From an uncultured archaeon (GTDB taxonomy: Archaea > Asgardarchaeota > Lokiarchaeia > Sigyniarchaeales > SOKP01), in assembly GCA_964388035.1 (NCBI GenBank), contig CAYLZE010000031.1, positions 1 through 46,275 of the forward strand: DNA of 46,275 nt, written 5' to 3'. The notes beneath the pieces were generated by a model, which worked only from the letters and a program-made list of their open reading frames with translations, was not told the origin of the DNA and searched no databases. The translations under genes were made by a program, and so were the position numbers. The stretch's first letter is position 1; each line of letters begins with the position of its first letter. Below are positions 1 to 8,247 of this stretch, one piece after another.

Positions 1-240
1 AATAATTAGTATAATTTAGATAAAGTCTGATGTAAAATAAAAAAATTGGTTTTTTGGTATTTTATGAAACGTTATAGTAAAATCAATAAATAGTTCTCTA
101 ATAGTGTATTAAAAACTTTTTTATGGATCTACTTATTTTTAAGTGTGATTATCGGTTTAAGTAATTATAGTAGTAAAAAAAACAATTGCATAACATGGGA
201 AAAAAAGCGAAAGAATTATTTCAATCAAGAGGTAAGCAAA

Positions 241-1722
241 ATGGGAAAAGATATTTATCGGAAGCGATTGAAAATCCCCATGAATAAAGAGGTTTTAGCT
301 TTTTTATCTTCATTAAATGATGATCTGTGGATTGCTGAGGAAGATATCGTGGGAACGGAAGTGCACGATATCATGCTCCATGAACAAGGGATTTTAACCA
401 AGGAAGAGATAAGCCAGATCTTAAAATCCTTGGAAAAGATAAAAAAGAAATTAATAAACAGCACCCTCGTGCTAAATGAATCATTTGAAGATATCCATCC
501 CTTCATTGAACAAAGTGTAATAGAAGAGATTGGGATGGAGATTGGGGGAAAAATCCATACAGGACGATCTCGGAATGACCAAGTTGCGGTAGATTTACGT
601 TTAAAGATTAGAAAAGAATTAAACCAGCTTTCAGGGGGATTATTCGAATTATGTGAAGTCCTGATGGATCTCTCAGAACGCTCGCAGCATGTATTAATGC
701 CTTTATATACCCATTTTCAAAAGGCACAATTAGGTTCGTTTTCTCATTATCTTAACACCTATTTGGAACAAATCCTTCGCTCATTAGAAAGAATAGAGGA
801 AATATATAAAAGAGTGAATGCAAATCCCTTGGGTGCATGCGCAATTGGGGGTACAAATATTGATATTGATCGAAAGATAACAATGGAACTATTAGGATTT
901 GAATCCATTGTCTTTAATTCCATCGATGCGGTTAGTTCTAAAGATTATCTCATGGAGACCATGCAATGTTTAGCGCTCATGGCTTTGCAATTCTCGAGGA
1001 TTGATGAAGATCTTTTGGTATGGTCCACGAAGGAGTTTGATTTTATTGAGGTTGACGAGCAATATTGTTCAGTTTCCAGCGTGATGCCTCAAAAGAAAAA
1101 CCCCGATACTCTCGAATTAATTCGGAGTGGTTGTTCAAATGTTATTACTAATTCATTTAATTGTGCCATGATTATCAAGTCCATACCTACCGCATACTTT
1201 CGGGATTTTCAAGATTTAAAACCCTTACTCAAGGATTCTTTCGATAGAATACACGCCATTGGAGCACTTCTTAAAGGTATATTCTCTTCTCTAATAATTA
1301 AAGAGCAGAACATGCGATTAGCGATCCAAAATAGCAATATTCTTGCATTGGATGTGGCAGAGTTTCTCGTACGGCAATATAATATTCCCTTTAGACTATC
1401 TCATGAAATAATAGCACGATTATCTAGAGGGGAACGACAAGGGCTTAATATTTATAATAAAATAGAATTAGAAAAAATGATACAAGATGTAACTAAAAAG
1501 AATCTTACTCTTCCCGACGATTTTGAAGAACTATTCAAGGACCCTGAAAAATGTTTAGAAAAGCGCATGAGTATGGGTTCTCCCTCTCGATCTGAAATTA
1601 AGAACAACTTGATTTTAATTCGGGAGAAAAAAGAGAAACTTTCAGAAGCACATGGAAAAAGAATGAATAAACTCAAGAAAGCAGAATCACTATTAAGCAA
1701 TAAAATAGAAGAACTCTCTTAG
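241..1722 (+). CDS. argH: Argininosuccinate lyase
   Basis: Motifs EDIH, IHTGRSRNDQVA, MPLYTHFQKAQ, SSVMPQKKNPD. Start moved from 145 to the ATG at 241, which follows SD-like GAGGT (229-233). Confidence 0.95.
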   Translation: MGKDIYRKRLKIPMNKEVLAFLSSLNDDLWIAEEDIVGTEVHDIMLHEQGILTKEEISQILKSLEKIKKKLINSTLVLNESFEDIHPFIEQSVIEEIGMEIGGKIHTGRSRNDQVAVDLRLKIRKELNQLSGGLFELCEVLMDLSERSQHVLMPLYTHFQKAQLGSFSHYLNTYLEQILRSLERIEEIYKRVNANPLGACAIGGTNIDIDRKITMELLGFESIVFNSIDAVSSKDYLMETMQCLALMALQFSRIDEDLLVWSTKEFDFIEVDEQYCSVSSVMPQKKNPDTLELIRSGCSNVITNSFNCAMIIKSIPTAYFRDFQDLKPLLKDSFDRIHAIGALLKGIFSSLIIKEQNMRLAIQNSNILALDVAEFLVRQYNIPFRLSHEIIARLSRGERQGLNIYNKIELEKMIQDVTKKNLTLPDDFEELFKDPEKCLEKRMSMGSPSRSEIKNNLILIREKKEKLSEAHGKRMNKLKKAESLLSNKIEELS

Positions 1723-1983
1723 AACTTTCATGTAATACCAAATAGAAGTTCAAATATTTAAAACTTTTAAAGCTTATTCTACCCATTCTAATAGGATTTT
1801 TTAAATAATTCCTGATTATCAACGTTCTTAATGCTCTGATTCTATAAATTAACCTGGGATTAATAAGAAAGGAATAAATCATGGTTTGAAATAACGAAAA
1901 ATTTTATATTATTCCAAATTTTATTCTATAATATAAAGAACTCTAAATCATAAAAAATAATAACACAAAAAATTAATGAACTA

Positions 1984-1989
1984 AGGTGA
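1984..1989 (+). promoter_or_regulatory. Shine-Dalgarno-like AGGTGA upstream of the thermosome gene
   Basis: Matches the archaeal GGAGGTGA consensus, 9 nt before the ATG at 1999. Confidence 0.6.
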
Positions 1990-1998
1990 AAAAACCTA

Positions 1999-3627
1999 AT
2001 GGCACAATTAGGCGTCCCCGTATTAATCCTGAGGGAAGGGACGGAAAGGAAACAAGGGAAAAACGCCCAAAGAAATAACATTGCAGCTGCAATAGCAGTC
2101 TCCGAAGCAGTACGATCGACCTTAGGGCCAAAAGGAATGGATAAAATGCTGGTCGATTCTTTAGGGGACGTTACCATAACAAATGATGGAGCTACCATCT
2201 TGGATACTATTGATGTCGAACATCCCGCAGCAAAAATGATAGTAGAAGTTGCTAAAACTCAAGATAAAAAAGTAGGTGATGGCACCACCACATCCGTTAT
2301 AATTGCAGGAGAATTACTTTCTTTGGCTGGCGAATTAATGGAACAATCCGTTCATCCTACTATTATCTTTAGAGGATATCGAAAGGGCCTTTTAAAAGCG
2401 ACAGAAATTTTAAAAGAATTGGCAAAAAAGATTGATGTTAATGACACGGAAACATTGAAAAAGGTTGCAGAAACTTCCATGAATAGCAAGTTAATAATGG
2501 GAGTAAAATCTCATTTTGCGGATATAGCAGTTAAAGCTATTTCCCAAATCAAGGAAAAGAGAGGAGAAACCTACGCAATTGATTTGGATCACGTTCAAAT
2601 CATAAAGAAAGAAGGAAAGAGCCTTTTAGATACGGATATCGTGGAAGGCGTGATTGTTGATAAGGAAATCGTTCATTCCATGATGCCAAAAGTTATTAAG
2701 AATGCAAAAATTGCTCTCATTAGCTCATCCTTGGAGATTGAAAAAACGGAGTTTGATGCTGAAATAAAAATCCAAACACCGGATCAAATCAATAAATTCC
2801 TTGACGAAGAGGAAAATATGTTAACAAGGCGCGTTCTTCAAATAAAAGAAATTGGAGCAAACGTGGTTTTCTGTCAAAAAGGAGTGGATGATAAAGCTCA
2901 GACCGTCTTAGCAAAAGAGGGAATCATGACTATTAGGCGCGTGAAGCGTTCTGATATGGAAAAACTTGCCATAGCCACCCATGCTAAAATTATAAACAAT
3001 ATCTTCGATTGTGAATCCGCGGATTTAGGTTCAGCAGGAAAAGTGGAAGAAAAGAAGATCGGGGAAGATAATATGATTTTTGTTTCTCAATGTGCTGAAC
3101 CAAAAGCAGTAAGCATATTAATCAGGGCAGGAATTGAACATGTCGTGGATGAAGCCGAAAGAATGATTAAAGATGCTCTTTCCGTCGTGAAAGCTGTTGT
3201 AGAACGCCCTTACGTCTTACCCGGAGGAGGTGCTACAGAAATTGAACTGGCAAAACAGTTGAGAGCTTATGCCCGTACTATAGGAGGGAGAGAACAATTA
3301 GCAATTGAGGTTTATGCCAATGCAATGGAATCTATTCCCAAAACATTAATCCAGAATGCGGGTTTTAACGCTGTGGATGTATTAGTGGAGTTGAGATCAA
3401 TGCATGAAATGGATAGTGGAAAGGATTTTGGCATCAATATCGATGAAGGAAAACCAGTTAACATGATTAATCTCGGTGTTCTTGAACCTCTCGCAGTTAT
3501 AATGCAAGCAATCCAGTCTGCAACCGAAGTAGCCTCCATGATTTTGAAGATTGATGACGTTATCGCCTCTTCCAAAACCGCCCCACCCATGGGGGGAGCA
3601 GGAGGCCCCGGTGAGGAAGATTATTAA
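1999..3627 (+). CDS. ths: Thermosome subunit (group II chaperonin)
   Basis: [33 protein letters not shown] motifs and a Gly/Met-rich tail. Confidence 0.97.
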   Translation: MAQLGVPVLILREGTERKQGKNAQRNNIAAAIAVSEAVRSTLGPKGMDKMLVDSLGDVTITNDGATILDTIDVEHPAAKMIVEVAKTQDKKVGDGTTTSVIIAGELLSLAGELMEQSVHPTIIFRGYRKGLLKATEILKELAKKIDVNDTETLKKVAETSMNSKLIMGVKSHFADIAVKAISQIKEKRGETYAIDLDHVQIIKKEGKSLLDTDIVEGVIVDKEIVHSMMPKVIKNAKIALISSSLEIEKTEFDAEIKIQTPDQINKFLDEEENMLTRRVLQIKEIGANVVFCQKGVDDKAQTVLAKEGIMTIRRVKRSDMEKLAIATHAKIINNIFDCESADLGSAGKVEEKKIGEDNMIFVSQCAEPKAVSILIRAGIEHVVDEAERMIKDALSVVKAVVERPYVLPGGGATEIELAKQLRAYARTIGGREQLAIEVYANAMESIPKTLIQNAGFNAVDVLVELRSMHEMDSGKDFGINIDEGKPVNMINLGVLEPLAVIMQAIQSATEVASMILKIDDVIASSKTAPPMGGAGGPGEEDY

Positions 3628-3648
3628 TTTTTTTTTTATTTTTCTTTT
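3628..3648 (+). terminator. Oligo-T archaeal terminator
   Basis: T-run directly after the thermosome stop codon, between convergent genes. Confidence 0.6.
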
Positions 3649-3651
3649 AAT

Positions 3652-4113
3652 TTAAAATTGATTTAGTTTCTTGAATTGAATCCCCCAAGAGAATTTAGAG
3701 AGAATTAAATCTGCTAACTCGGGAAAGTCTGTAATATATAAAGCAGCAGCTATAGCCTCTACAGAACTCAACTTTTCCCACTTGCCATAATTCGTGGGAT
3801 TTGCCGCAAGTAAGGATGGTAATTTTCTTTCCTCATTATAATGAGCGATTCCAAGAGTCACTATTTCATTCCAAGAGCAATCAATTACAATGATACCATG
3901 GTCCTTTACTACTTGTCTATCTTGAATGCTTAGTTCATGTTGGGAAAAGGGATTTAGCACGATAGCTTTGACAAGGGGTCCACTAATCGTATCTATAAAT
4001 TTAAGCAAATGTAACTTTTTCAGCTTTATTGCAGTACATTTTTTCGGATCGCATTGCGCATGATGAATACAATATAATTTAGGTTCAATTTTTTGGCTGA
4101 TTGAAGGTTTCAT
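3652..4113 (-). CDS. tsr3: Tsr3 rRNA aminocarboxypropyltransferase (DUF367)
   Basis: CDPKKCTA.KL, IDCSW, R.LP.LLAANPTNYGK..KLSSVEA.AAAL, F.WG..F. Confidence 0.93.
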   Translation of the reverse strand: MKPSISQKIEPKLYCIHHAQCDPKKCTAIKLKKLHLLKFIDTISGPLVKAIVLNPFSQHELSIQDRQVVKDHGIIVIDCSWNEIVTLGIAHYNEERKLPSLLAANPTNYGKWEKLSSVEAIAAALYITDFPELADLILSKFSWGIQFKKLNQF

Positions 4114-4182
4114 TTTACCTTAAATAAATCCATCAAGCAAGTAATCAAAAACTTAATTCAAATTTATTTACGAAATTACACG

Positions 4183-5196
4183 CTATTCTTCATATTTATG
4201 GCTAGTGAGAACATTCGCGGTATCAATAAAATGCCGAGCGATTTCCTCATCCCCCAGTATTTCGAGGATTGAATTTATTATATTCCTTGTTTCTCCAATA
4301 ACAGGAACACCGCCATAATCTAAGGAGAATAATCCTACAAAAGAAACATCTTCAAAATTGGAGGATTCTCTACTTCCTGAGAAATTCAGCTTCCCAGAAG
4401 GTGCCGTGATTAATCCATATAATTTTTCATTATCTGCTCCTGATATTGCAATATAGCAGAGAAGATCTCCGATTGACGATCCTCTTGATTCTTCCTTCAT
4501 TTTTTGAAAGGCTACATTGGCATTTGCAGAAAAAGCTTCTATAGATAGAGGTAAATCTTGTCCACTAACCTCTCTGGCATCCAAAGTTAACCCCGAAGGG
4601 ATCACTATAGAATATCTCATGAAAATTAGATTTTGAAGGGAATCTAACACATAACTTATCGCGGGCAATACATTTTTATTATCAAACGCCTCAGGGGTAT
4701 AGGACGTAAATGGTACGCTCGATCCCATGCCAAAAAGATAAATCGCTGTTCTTACTTTGTTTGAAAATTTCTCAATGTCTTCTTCATCTAGATCTCCAGT
4801 TCCAAAAAATTCATTTATTTTCGTTTTCAAAAAATACATTGAGCTGGCAAGGCTATCTGCCGCCAAGGGCCACTCTTTATTATAATCATGCACGATTGTT
4901 AAAAGAGTTTGGTTGATCTTAATTGTTATTAAACATACCCGTTCAAAATAAGAAAAAGAGATGACTTGAGCCTTAATTTCTAAATCGCTCCAATTCTCTT
5001 CGCTTGCAGAAAATGCTAACGATGCCAGACTGGTTATTTGATTTGCATTTACTTCAATATCGCTCTTTCTGCCAATTTGTGCGATGGAAAGACCATTCAT
5101 GTCACAAAGGACAACTAGAATCGTGCCTTCTGAAGCTCTTAAAATGGAAGAGAGGTGTTTTATTAAGGATTCCCTTACACTCAACTGTATGACCAC
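4183..5196 (-). CDS. Roadblock/LC7-like protein, probably two tandem domains
   Basis: N-terminal helix, then VVLCDMNGLSIA, a helix with TSLASLAFSAS, and beta strands. A second similar unit runs YSIVIPSGLTL...EAFSANANVAF. Confidence 0.6.
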   Translation of the reverse strand: MVIQLSVRESLIKHLSSILRASEGTILVVLCDMNGLSIAQIGRKSDIEVNANQITSLASLAFSASEENWSDLEIKAQVISFSYFERVCLITIKINQTLLTIVHDYNKEWPLAADSLASSMYFLKTKINEFFGTGDLDEEDIEKFSNKVRTAIYLFGMGSSVPFTSYTPEAFDNKNVLPAISYVLDSLQNLIFMRYSIVIPSGLTLDAREVSGQDLPLSIEAFSANANVAFQKMKEESRGSSIGDLLCYIAISGADNEKLYGLITAPSGKLNFSGSRESSNFEDVSFVGLFSLDYGGVPVIGETRNIINSILEILGDEEIARHFIDTANVLTSHKYEE

Positions 5197-5392
5197 GCGT
5201 TTTTTCTAAGATTTGATTGTATTTGTATTAATAACGCTAATATAGTTTCTTAAATGTTTCTAATTTTAAAAGTTTTTTAACTTAGATTTGATTGGTCAAG
5301 GATTTGAAGTTCTCATAAAAGATTTATTTTGTTTTATACTTTATATTATCTATATTATTTTTATCAATGGGAATAATGTAAACCGGAATTTC

Positions 5393-5480
5393 GCGGGAAT
5401 TGCCAAGTTTGGTTAAAGGCGCTGGACTTAGAATCCAGTCTCGAAGGAGTTCGGGAGTTCAAATCTCCCTTCCCGCACCA
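5393..5480 (+). tRNA. tRNA-Leu(TAG), no intron, CCA encoded
   Basis: Acceptor GCGGGAA/TTCCCGC, anticodon arm CTGGA-CTTAGAA-TCCAG, variable arm CTC-GAAG-GAG, T arm GGGAG-TTCAAAT-CTCCC, then ACCA. Confidence 0.97.
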
Positions 5481-5696
5481 ATTTAAAAACTTTAAGCTCT
5501 ATTGCTTGATTATAGTCCTTAACGATGAGACATTATTTTCACGCCTTTTAATTTAAAATTACTAATTTAACAAATTTTAAAAAAATTTAATATTGAGATT
5601 TAATTAGAATCTATTACTTAAACTTCAAATTAATGTGATGCCTCCGGTTTGAAAGCTATTTACTTGGCTTTGCTCCGTAAAAACGGGGTAACAAGA

Positions 5697-5771
5697 GCTT
5701 CCGTAGTGTAGACCGGTCAAGCATGCTAGGCCTTCACCCTGGCGACCCGGGTTCAAATCCCGGCGGAAGCA
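5697..5771 (+). tRNA. tRNA-Glu(TTC) with atypical C33
   Basis: Acceptor GCTTCCG/CGGAAGC, D stem GTGT/GCAT, anticodon arm CTAGG-CCTTCAC-CCTGG, 4-nt variable loop, T arm CCGGG-TTCAAAT-CCCGG. Confidence 0.9.
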
Positions 5772-6359
5772 TTAAATAAAAATACCTTAAAGTCCTTTTA
5801 ATTAAAATATAAACTAGACCTGTTTTTTTACCTAACATTCTAGTTAGAATCTCTTCCAGAATTGAGAAATTATTAATTATATTAAAATATTAAAACATTT
5901 TTATGAATCTGGTCTAATAGATCTTCGGAATCTTACTCAAATTAATTTATTATATAATTATTATATAATTAAAATGTACTAATTATTAAATAAAGAAGAT
6001 TAATCTCATTTTAATACTCCAATAAAATAAGACGAGTCTCTTCTTAATTTCAAATGAAAATGGAGGAAATAAATGGAATTTTCTTTATGGAAAATTTAAC
6101 TTACTTTAAATAATAATCCAAATATCAAACATATACATAATTAATATCTATAGTAATTAACTGATTAATTCCGATTGAGTAATATATTTAATATTATTTA
6201 CAACCGGAATCTCTTTCACTTTCAAACTTTTTTTAGAAATTCTACTGACTTTTACTCTTTATTTATATACTTCAAAAAATTTATATGAAATTAAAGATTT
6301 CAATAGCTTAGCATTGATGTTTTTTAGCGTCTTTACGCTTTAAAAAAGGATCAATAAGG

Positions 6360-6501
6360 GCCTCTGTAGCTCAGTAGGTAGAGCACCCGGCTGTTAAACT
6401 TAATTGTGCATCATGTACTCTTAGTTTTACAGAAACCGGGCGGTCCCATGTTCGAGTTTTAACCCATATCGGTTTATACGAAAACCATGGCAGGGGCGCC
6501 A
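6360..6501 (+). tRNA. tRNA-Asn(GTT) with two introns (37/38: 6397-6434; 59/60: 6457-6484), CCA encoded
   Basis: Acceptor GCCTCTG/CAGGGGC, D stem GCTC/GAGC, anticodon stem CCCGG/CCGGG with CTGTTA|A, T stem CCATG/CATGG with TTCGAG|C. BHB central helices CTGT/ACAG and TTCG/CGAA. Confidence 0.92.
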
Positions 6502-6703
6502 ATTTCTTTTCTTTTCCTCGTTTACTTCTCTCTCTAGTAAATTCTATCGAAATTTTATTGCTTGGGAATATAGATAATAAAATAATCGGTTTGTTTAGTT
6601 CTATTCGGGCAACTCTTTATCTTTTTTCCTGTATCAAAGAATAAATTATTAAAGGATCGAGAAAAACTAGATTTAGTAAGAAATATAATTCTAATGCATT
6701 AAA

Positions 6704-7141
6704 ATGAAATTAACTAGCGTGTATTCCGTAAATTTTAACGGGATTGAGCAGGATAAGAAGAAGAACTTAAAATTAACTTTTGTAAGTGCAAGGGAGCCTT
6801 ATTCTAGTAAAATTTTTACACATTTTTTGGAAAATCTAAAAAAAAAAAGTGAAATCAATCAAAAGGTACATCATGTTAAGAATATTGATTATGTGAAGCC
6901 GGTGGAAGGCGTGCAATTAAATTTGAACTTTCACAGCTTTATTGTATTACTTTTTCAAATGAAGTCAAATCAAGAGAGATTGGGATTTCTTTTTGGTCAG
7001 AATAAGGAAAATGAAATTTTTTTAATTGGTAGTTGGCCGTTCAATCACAAAGATCCGTATACTCAAGAAGAATTAAATAACCTTTTTGAAGGAATGAATA
7101 ATAATCTCGATGCATACACTGAAATTGATTTAATCTATTAA
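6704..7141 (+). CDS. Hypothetical protein
   Basis: 145-aa ORF with ATG start filling the gap between tRNA-Asn and the kinase; no firm family match. Confidence 0.65.
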   Translation: MKLTSVYSVNFNGIEQDKKKNLKLTFVSAREPYSSKIFTHFLENLKKKSEINQKVHHVKNIDYVKPVEGVQLNLNFHSFIVLLFQMKSNQERLGFLFGQNKENEIFLIGSWPFNHKDPYTQEELNNLFEGMNNNLDAYTEIDLIY

Positions 7142-7224
7142 ATTATACTTTTTGAAAAGCTCGAGTCATACTCAAACTACTTCATCATTAATCTGCTTGA
7201 AAGAATTTTTTTAAAAGATAATTA

Positions 7225-8142
7225 TTATTCCAAGGAGAATTGATTTAATTCTTTTTCATGAGGCATTCCCGTTCGAGCACCTAATTTTTGTATTTTAATT
7301 GCTGCGGCGGCATTAGCATATTTCACGGATTTTATTAAATCCCATCCTTTTAACCAGTAAGCAACTGAGAATGCCCCATTGAATGCATCTCCCGCACCAG
7401 TGGTATCGACTACTTTTTCAACCTTATAACCCGGTATTTGCTTTTGATACTCTTTTGTTGTGATTAAGGCCCCTCTTTCCCCTAATGTAATGATGACAAT
7501 GGGAATTCCTTTTTTAATCAATACTCGTGCGGCTTCCTCGGCACTGGCACTTTTTGTGATAGTTTTTGCCCCTTCTTTATTTGGAATGAGTACATCTGCT
7601 TGTAACAATACACCCTTTAAATTTTCCCATCCTTTTAAGGCGATCTGGGACTCTAAATCTATGCTTACCTTTACTTCATGATCTTTAGCCATCTTTATTG
7701 CTTTGTTGGATACGTCGTGATGAATTAACGTGGTATGCAATAGCTTTGAATTTTTAATATAATTTTCATCCAAATCGGGAATATCAATTTTTGTCGTTTT
7801 CATGTGGGGGGATTGAATGATAGTTTTTTCTCCCTTGGTAACAAAAATGAAATTAACGGGGGTTTTTTTCTTTTCTTTTTTAATTGTAAAGGTATGGTCC
7901 ACCCCCTCTTTTTCAAAATCCTCTAATAGGAAATCCCCATACTGATCCTCTCCTACCGCACCAATAAAGCCACATTTTGCGCCCAATCTTGCAACCGCCA
8001 CTAAATAATTAGCCGTTACTCCTCCCGCAAAATGATTTTCACTTAATGCATCTATTTTTTCATCAGGTTTAGGAAAATGCGGGATTTCAGCCACCCAATC
8101 TACCACGACCTCTCCTAACCCAATAATTTCAACGTGATTCAT
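7225..8142 (-). CDS. PfkB/ribokinase-family carbohydrate kinase
   Basis: GG..AN..VA.ARLG, G.VGEDQYG, PN..E..., DTTGAGDAF.G. Confidence 0.93.
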   Translation of the reverse strand: MNHVEIIGLGEVVVDWVAEIPHFPKPDEKIDALSENHFAGGVTANYLVAVARLGAKCGFIGAVGEDQYGDFLLEDFEKEGVDHTFTIKKEKKKTPVNFIFVTKGEKTIIQSPHMKTTKIDIPDLDENYIKNSKLLHTTLIHHDVSNKAIKMAKDHEVKVSIDLESQIALKGWENLKGVLLQADVLIPNKEGAKTITKSASAEEAARVLIKKGIPIVIITLGERGALITTKEYQKQIPGYKVEKVVDTTGAGDAFNGAFSVAYWLKGWDLIKSVKYANAAAAIKIQKLGARTGMPHEKELNQFSLE

Positions 8143-8247
8143 TTTATTAAAAAGAAAATAATTGTTATAACATATTATAATTCTTTTTAAAAATAAAATT
8201 TTTCAAAATTCATGGATGTAAAAGGAAAAAAAATAACTCTCATGAGA

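Noticed and set aside
145-240. N-terminal extension of argH in the ORF track
   Set aside because: GTG-started, AT-rich and non-homologous; the ATG at 241 has an SD-like motif and starts the recognisable protein.
5731-5739. Reading tRNA-Glu as a UCA (opal/Sec) anticodon by shifting register one base
   Set aside because: The shifted anticodon stem does not pair, and the body has Glu features with a short variable loop, unlike tRNA-Sec.
6054-6113. Tiny ORFs (MKMEEINGIFFMENLTYFK; MEFSLWKI after GGAGG)
   Set aside because: Too short, with no supporting features.
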